Positions 11,105-19,363 of a stretch of DNA of 64,000 bases are shown piece after piece. Below the pieces are notes generated by a model that did not search any database, was not told where the DNA came from, and saw only the letters and a list, made by a program, of their open reading frames with translations. A program made the position numbers and the translations under genes. Source of the stretch: Acidimicrobiia bacterium (lineage in GTDB: Bacteria; Actinomycetota; Acidimicrobiia; Spongiisociales; UBA11373); assembly GCA_036478235.1 (NCBI GenBank), contig JAZGDZ010000040.1, positions 80,670 to 144,669 of the forward strand, read 5' to 3'. The stretch's first letter is position 1, and each line of letters opens with the position of its first letter.

Positions 11105-11495
11105 CCGTCCTCCCATGTCGATGGATGCCGCGCCAGCTTCGGGCACTGCGGCGGCCGTCAGGCCCACCGCCCGCAGCCGCCGGTGGGTCACACCACTGCT
11201 GTTCGATCGCCAGGCACAAGGGCATCGACCCGATGATCCTGCAGTACGCAGGTTCTGGACGGCGGTCGTGGGACCCGGCGCGGTGGCGGACCTGCTTCGG
11301 CTCACGGCGGCAGCGCATGCGGGGATCCGGATCCGAGAGCCCCTCAGGCTCGCCCGGCTCGCCGCCGAGGGCCTGATCGACCGTTCGGGACCTCTCGTGC
11401 TGGTGCGCCCCCGCATCCCGTTCCTGGCCCGACGGCATCTGCGCCTGCTCACCCCGGCACTCCGGGCCGAGTACCGCCAGCTGCTCGACTCCTGA
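11067..11495 (+). CDS. hypothetical protein (N-terminal 13 codons supplied by the duplicated module)
   Basis: ORF 'MVAAVPESLRRDA...WVTPLLFDRQAQG...LLTPALRAEYRQLLDS'. The C-terminal two-thirds has protein-like composition. No family recognised. Confidence 0.35.
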   Translation: MVAAVPESLRRDARPPMSMDAAPASGTAAAVRPTARSRRWVTPLLFDRQAQGHRPDDPAVRRFWTAVVGPGAVADLLRLTAAAHAGIRIREPLRLARLAAEGLIDRSGPLVLVRPRIPFLARRHLRLLTPALRAEYRQLLDS

Positions 11496-11668
11496 GAGGG
11501 CGCGCCGATAGGCGCGAACTCGGCGGCCTGGGGCTGGGGCCCCCGGGTCGTAGCACACAGCGCCGCCCGCAGGGCGGCACGAACGTGCGGAGGGGTTCGA
11601 GGCCGAGTAGGACTCGAACACCGGAGCCAAGACCTGCGATGAGCCGTGAGGCGAAGAGCCATTGACAA
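11494..11668 (-). repeat. ~175-bp GC-rich intergenic repeat (family A), inverted copy
   Basis: The reverse complement aligns end to end with 14620-14793 and 58538-58709 ('...atggctcttcgcc.yacggctcatcgc.ggtcttggctccggtgttcgagtcct...gccgccctgcgggcggc...cccgggggccccagcccc...'). Confidence 0.85.
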
Positions 11669-12437
11669 TGCCAATACCATCGGTCGGGTGACGATCGACC
11701 TGGCCATCGACCTGCTGGCTACGAAGGAGGCGATCCTCGTCTTCACCGGAGCCGGGATCTCCACCGAGTCGGGCATCCCCGACTTCAGGGGACCAGACGG
11801 CGTTTGGACGAAAGTCGACCCCGCCGATTTCACCATTCAGCGGTACCTGGAGAGTCCCGAGACCCGGAGGCGCTCGTGGTCGATGCGGGCCCACAGCGGC
11901 GTCCTCGACGCAGTTCCCAACGAGGGGCACGCCGCCGTGGTCGAGCTCTGGCGCGCCGACCGCTTGTCGGGATGTGTGACGCAGAACATCGACGGCCTGC
12001 ATTCGGCAGCCGGACTTCCCCCCGATGTCATCGTCGAACTGCACGGCAACGCGCATAACACCCGCTGCCTCGAATGTGGCGAGGTCACCGACACCGCGGC
12101 GGTGCTCTCCCGTGTCGAATCCGGGGAAGACGACCCGAGATGCGAACGGTGTGGCGGGATCCTCAAGGTGGACGTCGTCTTCTTCGGTGAAGCGATGCCC
12201 GAACGCGAGATGATGCGAGCGATGGCCATGGCCGGCGCCGCCGATGCCGTGATCGCAGTCGGATCCACGCTGTCGGTGTACCCCGCCTCGGACATCCCCC
12301 TCATCGCCGTCGAGGACGGAGCTCCCCTCATAATCGTCAACCGGGGCCCGACCGAACTCAACCACGCCGCGGATGTGAAGATCGACGGTCCGGCAGGAGC
12401 CACCCTGACCGCCATCGTCGCCGCTCTGAAGGATTAG
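11646..12437 (+). CDS. NAD-dependent protein deacylase, Sir2 family
   Basis: 'GAGISTESGIPDFRGPDG', 'QNIDGLH', Zn ribbon 'CLECG...CERCGG', 'VDVVFFGE'. The start may lie downstream, since the first ~8 codons overlap the family-A repeat. Confidence 0.85.
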   Translation: MRRRAIDNANTIGRVTIDLAIDLLATKEAILVFTGAGISTESGIPDFRGPDGVWTKVDPADFTIQRYLESPETRRRSWSMRAHSGVLDAVPNEGHAAVVELWRADRLSGCVTQNIDGLHSAAGLPPDVIVELHGNAHNTRCLECGEVTDTAAVLSRVESGEDDPRCERCGGILKVDVVFFGEAMPEREMMRAMAMAGAADAVIAVGSTLSVYPASDIPLIAVEDGAPLIIVNRGPTELNHAADVKIDGPAGATLTAIVAALKD

Positions 12438-12441
12438 CCGA

Positions 12442-12455
12442 CGGGACTAGTCCCG
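12442..12455 (+). terminator. short perfect palindrome after the Sir2 gene
   Basis: 'CGGGACTAGTCCCG' lies 5 nt after the stop. No U-tract. Confidence 0.3.
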
Positions 12456-12508
12456 ATGGGAGAGAAGAAAGTAGTCAATCCGGGCCCGCATCGCACCGAT
12501 GCGGAAGT

Positions 12509-14611
12509 ATGCAGATTGGCCACTGGGTGCGCTCCGGGATCCTCTCCGTCAGGGGAATCGCCGCCGCGACATCAGCAGCGGTCGTCTTGGCGCTGCTCCC
12601 CGCACCTCCGGCGAACGCCGACGGTGCATCGTTCACCTTCGACGGCGGTGGCTGGGGGCACTCCGTCGGCATGAGCCAGTACGGCGCCCTGGGAATGTCG
12701 CAAGAGGGCTTCACCTGGCAGGAGATCGTCACCCACTACTTCACAGGCACCTCCCCAACCACCGTCGCCCAGTCCCTCTCGGAGCAACCGGTCTGGGTCA
12801 ACCTCACCATGGAGAGTTCCTCGCTCACATTCAACGTCCGCTCAATCGGTCCGGACTCGGTCGCGGTGACCTTCGTCATCAGTGGCCAATCGGTGGCGGT
12901 GTCACCCGGCCAGTCCGCGACCGTGACCCGGCTTGGCAACGGAGGGTGCAGCTTGGCAACGCCGTCGGGAACCTTGACCGGGGATTGCTTCATCGACGGC
13001 GAGTGGGACGGATGGGCCGAGACCCCTACAACCGCGATCGAAGTCACCGGATGCTTCCTCACCAACTGGAACGCCCCCGGTGGGTCGCAGTCGCAGCCGT
13101 GCACCTACGCCCGTGGCACCCTGCACGTTCGCCCCGACAACAACACCAACACGGTCGATTCCTCGATCGAGATCGACGTCGACGACTACGTCCTCGGGAT
13201 CTCGGAGATGCCCTACCGGTGGGCCGACAACGGCGGAGTCGCCGCCCTCCAGGCCCAGGCAGTGGCGGCACGTTCCTACGCGTACGCACGGGCACGCATT
13301 CGGCCGGATCCGGCGGCCCGTCCCTGGTGCTGGTGCCAGCTCTACGACACCCACTACGACCAGAACTACGTCGGGTACGGCCACGGGACCCAGGCCTGGA
13401 TCGATATCGTCCGCTCGACGACGGACCAGGTGCTCACCCACCCCGACGTCACCGTGAACGGAGAGCCCGTTCCGATCTCCACGTTCTACTCGTCGAGCAC
13501 TTTCGGCATGACGGAAAACAGCGAGAACGCATTCACGGCCCCGGTCCCCTACCTGAAGTCGGTCGACGACCACTGGAGCCAGCTCGATTCGGTCGAAAAC
13601 CCCTTCGCCTCGTGGTCCCGCCAGTTCAGCGGATCCCAACTCGCCTCGCGCCTCCCGGGAATGAGCACCGTCACCGACGTCCTGATCGCCACCTGTTCCA
13701 CCACCGGCGCCGCTCTCGAGATCACCTTCTTCGGATCCGGTGGGCCGCGTACGTTCCACACCCGCGACCTGCGGGGCCGGCTCGGCCTGAGATCGCAGCA
13801 GATCATCACGGTGCACCGTCCCGGTGATGACACGACATGCGCCGGTGCGAGTGCGCCCACCACCACCACGACCACTACGACCACTACGACCACGGTGCCG
13901 CCCACCACCACTACGACCACTACGACCACGGTGCCGCCCACCACCACCACCACCACCACGGTGCCGCCCACCACCACCACCACCACGGTGCCGCCCACCA
14001 CCACCACCACCACCACGGTGCCGCCCACCACCACCACCACGGTGCCGCCCACCACTACCACCACGGTGCCGCCGCCACCGCAGTCGTGCCCCGATCTCAC
14101 GTTCTCGATCGACGCTCTCCTCAGCCAGCAGCGAATCCTGCGCTTCGGGTCGCAGGGCGCCGACGTCAGCGACGTCCAGCGAATGCTCGAGGCGCTGGCC
14201 CTCTACGACGGGGCAATCGACGGGATCTTCGGCCAGCGGACGACGGCTGCGGTGCGATCGTTCCAGGATGCCCGCGGGCTCGCGGTCGACGGAATCGTCG
14301 GGAGCAGGACGCGCGGCGAGATCGCCGTCCTGCACCGCGCCGCTCAGCAACGAATGGTGCTGGCGTCGGACGGCAGCCTGCTGCGCCGCGGCATCAGCGG
14401 AAACACCGTCAGGGCGCTGCAGATCATCCTGGACCTGCTCGGTTTCACCCCGGGTCCGGTCGACGGACAGTTCGGCCCGCTAACCTCTGACGCCGTCATC
14501 CACTTCCAGCAGCAACAAAACTTGACCGTCGACGGGATCGTGGGAGTCCAGAGCCGGGCTGCGCTCACCCAGGCTCTCGGCCTGGAGGCCTTGGCCGACT
14601 GCGACGGATAA
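12509..14611 (+). CDS. secreted SpoIID/LytB-domain protein with Thr/Pro linker and two peptidoglycan-binding (PG_binding_1) domains
   Basis: 700 aa. Signal peptide, 'GGGWGHSVGMSQYGALGM' (SpoIID), a (T)nVPP linker, then 'LRFGSQGADVSDVQRML...DGIFGQRT' and 'LRRGISGNTVRALQIIL...DGQFGPLT'. Confidence 0.85.
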   Translation: MQIGHWVRSGILSVRGIAAATSAAVVLALLPAPPANADGASFTFDGGGWGHSVGMSQYGALGMSQEGFTWQEIVTHYFTGTSPTTVAQSLSEQPVWVNLTMESSSLTFNVRSIGPDSVAVTFVISGQSVAVSPGQSATVTRLGNGGCSLATPSGTLTGDCFIDGEWDGWAETPTTAIEVTGCFLTNWNAPGGSQSQPCTYARGTLHVRPDNNTNTVDSSIEIDVDDYVLGISEMPYRWADNGGVAALQAQAVAARSYAYARARIRPDPAARPWCWCQLYDTHYDQNYVGYGHGTQAWIDIVRSTTDQVLTHPDVTVNGEPVPISTFYSSSTFGMTENSENAFTAPVPYLKSVDDHWSQLDSVENPFASWSRQFSGSQLASRLPGMSTVTDVLIATCSTTGAALEITFFGSGGPRTFHTRDLRGRLGLRSQQIITVHRPGDDTTCAGASAPTTTTTTTTTTTTVPPTTTTTTTTTVPPTTTTTTTVPPTTTTTTVPPTTTTTTTVPPTTTTTVPPTTTTTVPPPPQSCPDLTFSIDALLSQQRILRFGSQGADVSDVQRMLEALALYDGAIDGIFGQRTTAAVRSFQDARGLAVDGIVGSRTRGEIAVLHRAAQQRMVLASDGSLLRRGISGNTVRALQIILDLLGFTPGPVDGQFGPLTSDAVIHFQQQQNLTVDGIVGVQSRAALTQALGLEALADCDG
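13857..14080 (+). repeat. in-frame degenerate tandem repeat encoding the TTTTT(T)VPP linker
   Basis: Repeated 'accaccac(c/g/t)...acggtgccgcccacc' units lie inside the SpoIID-family CDS. Confidence 0.8.
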
Positions 14612-14619
14612 CGGCCCTC

Positions 14620-14793
14620 TGTGTTGATGGCTCTTCGCCTTACGGCTCATCGCTGGTCTTGGCTCCGGTGTTCGAGTCCTACTCGGCCTCGAACCCCTCC
14701 GCATGGCTGTGCCGCCCTGCGGGCGGCGCTGTGTCGTACGGCCCGGGGGCCCCAGCCCCAGACCGCCGAGTCCGCGCCCATGGCGCGCCCTCC
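14620..14793 (+). repeat. ~175-bp GC-rich intergenic repeat (family A), direct copy
   Basis: Fills the convergent gap between the SpoIID-family stop (14611) and the pepA stop (14793). Contains hairpins 'gccgccctgcgggcggc' and 'gcgcccatggcgcgc'. Confidence 0.85.
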
Positions 14794-16238
14794 TAGACGC
14801 CGGACATGCGCCGGGCGAGCTCGACGATCGTCCGAACTCCGAAGCCGGTGCCGCCCTTGGGCAGGTAGCCCTCGGTCTCGGCGGCCCGGGCGGGACCGGA
14901 GATGTCGAGATGGGCCCAGGCCCCCTCTCCGGCGAACTCCTTGAGCAGCAGCCCCGCCGTGATCGCCGCTCCCCAGCGCTCGCTGGTGTTCTTCATGTCG
15001 GCGATATCCGAATCGATCTGCTTTCGGTAGTCGTCCGGCAACGGCATATGCCATACCCGCTCGCCGGCGGCCTCGGCGGCCGGCGACACCATCTGGACCG
15101 CCTCCTCCGTCCCGAAGAGTCCGGCGATCTTCTTCCCCAGTGCGACCACGCAAGCTCCGGTGAGCGTCGCCAGGTCGACAATGAGATCGGGGGACCGCTC
15201 GGCGGCCAGGGCCAGTCCGTCGGCGAGGACCAACCGACCTTCGGCGTCCGTGTTGAGCACCTCGATGGTCTTGCCGTTGCGGGTGTAAAGCACGTCGCCG
15301 GGGCGCAACGCGGCCCCTCCCGGCATGTTCTCGGTCAACGGTGTGATTCCCACGACGTTGATCGGCAGGGCGAGACGGGCGATCGCCTTCATAGCACCGA
15401 ACACGGCCGCGGCGCCCGACATGTCGGTCTTCATCTCCTCCATCGAGGCGGCCGGCTTGAGGGATAGGCCTCCCGAGTCGAAGACGATCCCCTTGCCCAC
15501 AATCGCCAGAAGCGTCTCCGCCCCCTCCGGCTCGTACCTGAGCTCGACGAGCCGCGGCGGGTTGGCGGCACCGAGCGACACCCCGCGCAGCCCCCCGAGC
15601 CGTTCCGCCTCGATCTCGGCCTCGTCCAGTACCCGGATCTCCAGTCCGTGCTCGGCCGCCATCCCAGCTGCCATCCGAGCCAGGGTCTCCGGGGACTTGT
15701 ACATCGCAGGCTCGTTCACGAGGTCGCGCGCCATGATCACCGCCTCGGCGATTATGAGCGCCTCTCGCGCCCCGGCCGTGTCGTCGCCGGAGCCATCGAC
15801 GAACAGCAACGTCTCGGTCTTGGACGGTTTCGGCTCGCTCTTGTGCTTGTCGAACGAGTACGCCCCCAGGACCATCCCCATGGCGGAAGCGCCCGCTCCA
15901 CCCGAACAGGCTTCGTGCAGCGTGGTCGCGACCGTCTCCACCGCCCGAAGCGATCGTGCCGCCGCCCCGGCGGCACTGCGCACCGCCTCAGCATCCGGTT
16001 CGTCCCCCAGGCCGACGAAGACGACTTCTCGGTACGGGAAATCCTCACCAACACCGACGCTCATGAGTTCGCCCGACTCTCCGGTGAAGTCTTTTGCGTC
16101 GAACCGCTCGGCGAGCCACGGGAGACTCTCCACGACCCAGGCCGCTCCCCTGTCGAAAGCGAGCCCGGTCACAACACCCACGAGCAGCGCCGCTGCCGGC
16201 CCCTCCTCGATGCCTCCTCCTGCTCGAGCTTCGATCAT
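14793..16238 (-). CDS. pepA: leucyl aminopeptidase (M17)
   Basis: 481 aa with the M17 signature 'NTDAEGRLVLAD', plus 'VGKGIVFDSGGLSLKP' and 'DMKNTS'. Confidence 0.9.
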   Translation of the reverse strand: MIEARAGGGIEEGPAAALLVGVVTGLAFDRGAAWVVESLPWLAERFDAKDFTGESGELMSVGVGEDFPYREVVFVGLGDEPDAEAVRSAAGAAARSLRAVETVATTLHEACSGGAGASAMGMVLGAYSFDKHKSEPKPSKTETLLFVDGSGDDTAGAREALIIAEAVIMARDLVNEPAMYKSPETLARMAAGMAAEHGLEIRVLDEAEIEAERLGGLRGVSLGAANPPRLVELRYEPEGAETLLAIVGKGIVFDSGGLSLKPAASMEEMKTDMSGAAAVFGAMKAIARLALPINVVGITPLTENMPGGAALRPGDVLYTRNGKTIEVLNTDAEGRLVLADGLALAAERSPDLIVDLATLTGACVVALGKKIAGLFGTEEAVQMVSPAAEAAGERVWHMPLPDDYRKQIDSDIADMKNTSERWGAAITAGLLLKEFAGEGAWAHLDISGPARAAETEGYLPKGGTGFGVRTIVELARRMSGV

Positions 16239-16804
16239 CCGCGCTCCTTGGTCGGAGTCCAGGCCGTCTCGGCGGATCGAGCCAAGACGTACAGGTAATC
16301 GGCAAGCCGGTTGAGGTACGGAACGGTGTGGGAGCCGGACACCTCTGCGGCCCGGAGGTGGGCCACAGCCCGCCGTTCGGCTCGCCGCACGATCGTCCGG
16401 GCGACGTCGAGCGCCGCGGCGAGGGAAGATCCCCCCGGAACGACGAACTCGGCGGGGAGGCCGGATTCGGAAGTAACGGCGTCGATGTGCTGCTCGAGCG
16501 CCGTGACCATCTCCTCCGTGGCCAAACTCTCACCCTCGACGAGCTTCGAGCGGTTCCCCACTCCGGTGGCCAACTCGGCGGCCACCACGAACAGGTCTCG
16601 TTGCACCGCCAGGATCGCCTCTGCCAGCGCTCCCGAGGCGTGAACCCGAGCCACCCCCAATACCGACACCGCCTCGTCGATCGCGCCGTATGCCTCCGGT
16701 CCGGATCCATCCTTGCCGACCCTCCCACCGTGGAACAGCCCGGTCGAACCGTCGTCACCCTTGCGCGTGTAGATCTTCACAGCCGATGATTGTAAAGAGC
16801 ACAC
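16235..16804 (-). CDS. ATP:cob(I)alamin adenosyltransferase, PduO type
   Basis: 'KIYTRKGDDGSTGLFHGGRVGKD' N-terminus and a helical bundle. 189 aa. 4-nt overlap with pepA. Confidence 0.85.
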   Translation of the reverse strand: MCSLQSSAVKIYTRKGDDGSTGLFHGGRVGKDGSGPEAYGAIDEAVSVLGVARVHASGALAEAILAVQRDLFVVAAELATGVGNRSKLVEGESLATEEMVTALEQHIDAVTSESGLPAEFVVPGGSSLAAALDVARTIVRRAERRAVAHLRAAEVSGSHTVPYLNRLADYLYVLARSAETAWTPTKERG

Positions 16805-16816
16805 GACGCCGGCCGA

Positions 16817-17497
16817 TCACAGCAACACCGCGCCGTCGAGCACCAGCCGGCCCACCACGACCGCTCCGATCGCGGTGAGAAGTGCGAGGTACGACAAACC
16901 CGTCGCCGCCATGACGCCCGAGTAGCTCTCCTCGCGCAACGAAGCGATCACGGCCATCAGCAAGACGAGCGAGGCGACCGCGAGCACGGCGAACCCGATG
17001 CCGAGCGCGGCATCGCCGGGGGTCCAGGGAAACACTCCGAGGAGGGCCAGCGCGATCGCATCGGCGGCGGCACCCGCCGCAGCGATCACCGCGAGACGGC
17101 GCAGCGCCCACCAGGGCAGCGTCGGATCCACCAGATACCAGTGTCCCAAGAGCATCTCGACGGTGACGCCGCCGAGGAACAGTGCCCCCGTCACCGCGAT
17201 GGCGGGGTGACCCTCTATCCCGGCAAAGATGCCAAAGAACAGAGCAGCCGACGCACCGAGGAGCGAGGCGACGCCTCCGCGGCGCCCCGTTGTGATGACG
17301 CCGGCGGCAAGAGCGCAACCCGTCCACACCAGGAGCCCTCCCCCGGCGAGTGCGGCCGGAATCCCGAGGAGGAGCGTCACGCCTCCGGCCAGCCAGATGT
17401 ACCCGGGACCTACGATCGCCCACCGCGCTACCAGCGCGGCTCCGGCGGCGACGCCGCCGGCCCACATCGAGAGCACGAGCGAAGGAGACAGATCCAC
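16817..17497 (-). CDS. integral membrane protein, unknown function (start uncertain: GTG 17497 or ATG 17467)
   Basis: About 7 hydrophobic segments rich in A/G/L/V. The annotated 281-aa ORF would overlap the divergent sat start, so an internal start is assumed. Confidence 0.5.
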   Translation of the reverse strand: MDLSPSLVLSMWAGGVAAGAALVARWAIVGPGYIWLAGGVTLLLGIPAALAGGGLLVWTGCALAAGVITTGRRGGVASLLGASAALFFGIFAGIEGHPAIAVTGALFLGGVTVEMLLGHWYLVDPTLPWWALRRLAVIAAAGAAADAIALALLGVFPWTPGDAALGIGFAVLAVASLVLLMAVIASLREESYSGVMAATGLSYLALLTAIGAVVVGRLVLDGAVLL

Positions 17498-17605
17498 GAG
17501 CCCGGCGAGTATACGAACGGGGGTTCGGCGACCGGCCTTGCCCTCGGTACACTCGGCTCTCGGCCCGTCGCGGGCCGAGTTCCCGGTCGCTACGGAGGAC
17601 CAACC

Positions 17606-19333
17606 GTGCCCGACAGCCTCATCCGCCCTCATGGCGGAGACCTGATCGACCTCGTCGTCCATGACACCAGGGCCAAGGAGCTGAGGTCGGCCTCGGTCGC
17701 CTATCCCTCATGGGATCTGACCGACCGTCAGATGTGCGACTTCGAGCTACTTGCCACCGGCGGATTCTCTCCGCTGCGGGGGTTCTTGACGGAGGCGGAG
17801 TACGCCGGCGTGATCGACGAGATGCGGCTCCCCGATGGAACGATATGGCCGATCCCGGTGAACCTCGACGTCGACGAAGCCACCGCCGAGAGGCTCGAGA
17901 CGGGCTCGATACTCGCCTTGCGCGATCCCGAGGGCGTCATGCTCGGATCGCTGCACGTGACCGATGTGTGGCAGCCCGACAAGGAGCGGGAGGCCCAGCA
18001 GGTCTACGGCACGACCGATCCAGAGCATCGCGGCGTCCGCTATCTCTTCGAGACGATCGGTTCCCACTACCTGGGCGGTGCCCTCGAGGTCGTCGAGCTT
18101 CCCCGCCACTACGACTTCTCCACTCTGCGGATGACCCCACGCGAGATCAGGGCCCGGTTCGCCAAGCGAGGCTGGCGTCGGGTGGTCGCCTTCCAGACCC
18201 GCAACCCGATGCACCGGGCCCACCTCGAACTCACCGTGCGCGCCGCCAAGAGCGTCAAGGCGAACGTACTGATCCACCCCGCCGTGGGGATGACCAAGGC
18301 CGGCGACGTCGATCACTACACAAGGGTCCGCGCCTACCAGGCGATCATGCCCCGCTACCCGGCGAACACGGCAGAACTGTCACTGCTGCCCCTGGCGATG
18401 CGCCTGGCCGGACCGCGGGAGGCGGTGTGGCACGCCATCATCCGCAGGAACTACGGCTGCACCCACCTCATCGTCGGCCGCGACCACGCCGGACCCGGCG
18501 ACGACGGGAACGGCGCGCCCTTCTACGGACCGTACGAGGCCCAGGAGCTGCTGGCGGCCTACCAGGAGGAGCTGGGCATGGAGATGGTGCCGTTCAAGAT
18601 GATGGCTTACGTGCCCGACACCGACGCCTACGCCCCGGTCGACGAGGTCGCCGCGGAGACCAAGACGCTGTCGATCTCAGGCACCGAGCTGCGGGAGCGA
18701 CTCGCCGACGGACGGGAGATACCCGAGTGGTTCACCTTTCCCCGGGTGGCGGAGGAGCTGCACCGCACCCATCCGCCGCGCAGCAGACAAGGGTTCACGG
18801 TGTTGTTCACCGGACTCTCTGGATCGGGCAAATCGACCGTCGCCAACGTCCTGCGCGTCAAGCTGCTCGAAATGGGGGGCCGCCCGGTGACCCTGCTCGA
18901 CGGGGACATCGTCCGCAAGAACCTGTCTTCCGAGCTCGGGTTCTCCAAGGAACACCGCGATATCAACATCCTTCGGATCGGATTCGTCGCTTCCGAGATC
19001 ACCAAGAACGGCGGCATCGCCATCTGCGCCCCGATCGCGCCATACGACGACGTTCGCAAGCAGGTACGCGGCATGATCGAGCCGTTCGGCGGGTTCAGCC
19101 TGGCCCACATCGCCACCCCGCTCGAGGTCTGTGAACAGCGAGATCGCAAGGGGCTCTACGCCAAGGCGCGAGCAGGGACCATCGAGGAATTCACCGGGAT
19201 CTCGGACCCGTACGAAGAACCCGACGATGCCGAGTTGGTGATAGACACATCGGACGTCAGTCCGGAAGAGGCCGCACAGCGGATCATCCTCCACCTCGAG
19301 TCCGAGGGGTTCATCGAGGCGGTGCGAGACTGA
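17606..19333 (+). CDS. bifunctional sulfate adenylyltransferase / adenylylsulfate kinase (Sat-CysC fusion)
   Basis: GTG 17606 lies 6 nt after 'GGAGGA'. 'LIRPHGGDLIDL', 'QTRNPMHRAHLEL', 'VGRDHAGPG', then APS-kinase P-loop 'FTGLSGSGKSTVA'. The 155 codons upstream in the ORF track look non-coding. Confidence 0.9.
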   Translation: MPDSLIRPHGGDLIDLVVHDTRAKELRSASVAYPSWDLTDRQMCDFELLATGGFSPLRGFLTEAEYAGVIDEMRLPDGTIWPIPVNLDVDEATAERLETGSILALRDPEGVMLGSLHVTDVWQPDKEREAQQVYGTTDPEHRGVRYLFETIGSHYLGGALEVVELPRHYDFSTLRMTPREIRARFAKRGWRRVVAFQTRNPMHRAHLELTVRAAKSVKANVLIHPAVGMTKAGDVDHYTRVRAYQAIMPRYPANTAELSLLPLAMRLAGPREAVWHAIIRRNYGCTHLIVGRDHAGPGDDGNGAPFYGPYEAQELLAAYQEELGMEMVPFKMMAYVPDTDAYAPVDEVAAETKTLSISGTELRERLADGREIPEWFTFPRVAEELHRTHPPRSRQGFTVLFTGLSGSGKSTVANVLRVKLLEMGGRPVTLLDGDIVRKNLSSELGFSKEHRDINILRIGFVASEITKNGGIAICAPIAPYDDVRKQVRGMIEPFGGFSLAHIATPLEVCEQRDRKGLYAKARAGTIEEFTGISDPYEEPDDAELVIDTSDVSPEEAAQRIILHLESEGFIEAVRD

Positions 19334-19363
19334 ACCTCAGTCGGTGGCGGGAAGAGGGGACGT

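Noticed and set aside
12902-14490. 482-aa minus ORF, plus His-rich (13837-14490) and Pro/Arg-rich (13824-14483) plus-strand ORFs over the SpoIID-family gene
   Set aside because: They are alternative-frame readings of the Thr/Pro-encoding tandem repeat, giving poly-G/R, poly-H and poly-P strings. The SpoIID/PG-binding frame carries the real motifs.
14667-14679. tRNA-like T-loop 'GGTGTTCGAGTCC' inside the family-A repeat (also 'GGTTCGATCCC' near 50083)
   Set aside because: The flanks do not form a T-stem, acceptor stem or anticodon arm, and no cloverleaf can be drawn. At most it is a tRNA-derived relic. No tRNA gene is called.
17710-19134. 474-aa plus-strand ORF overlapping sat-cysC in another frame
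   Set aside because: It is Arg/Pro/Gly-rich with no motifs. The sat-cysC frame contains all the ATP-sulfurylase and APS-kinase signatures.
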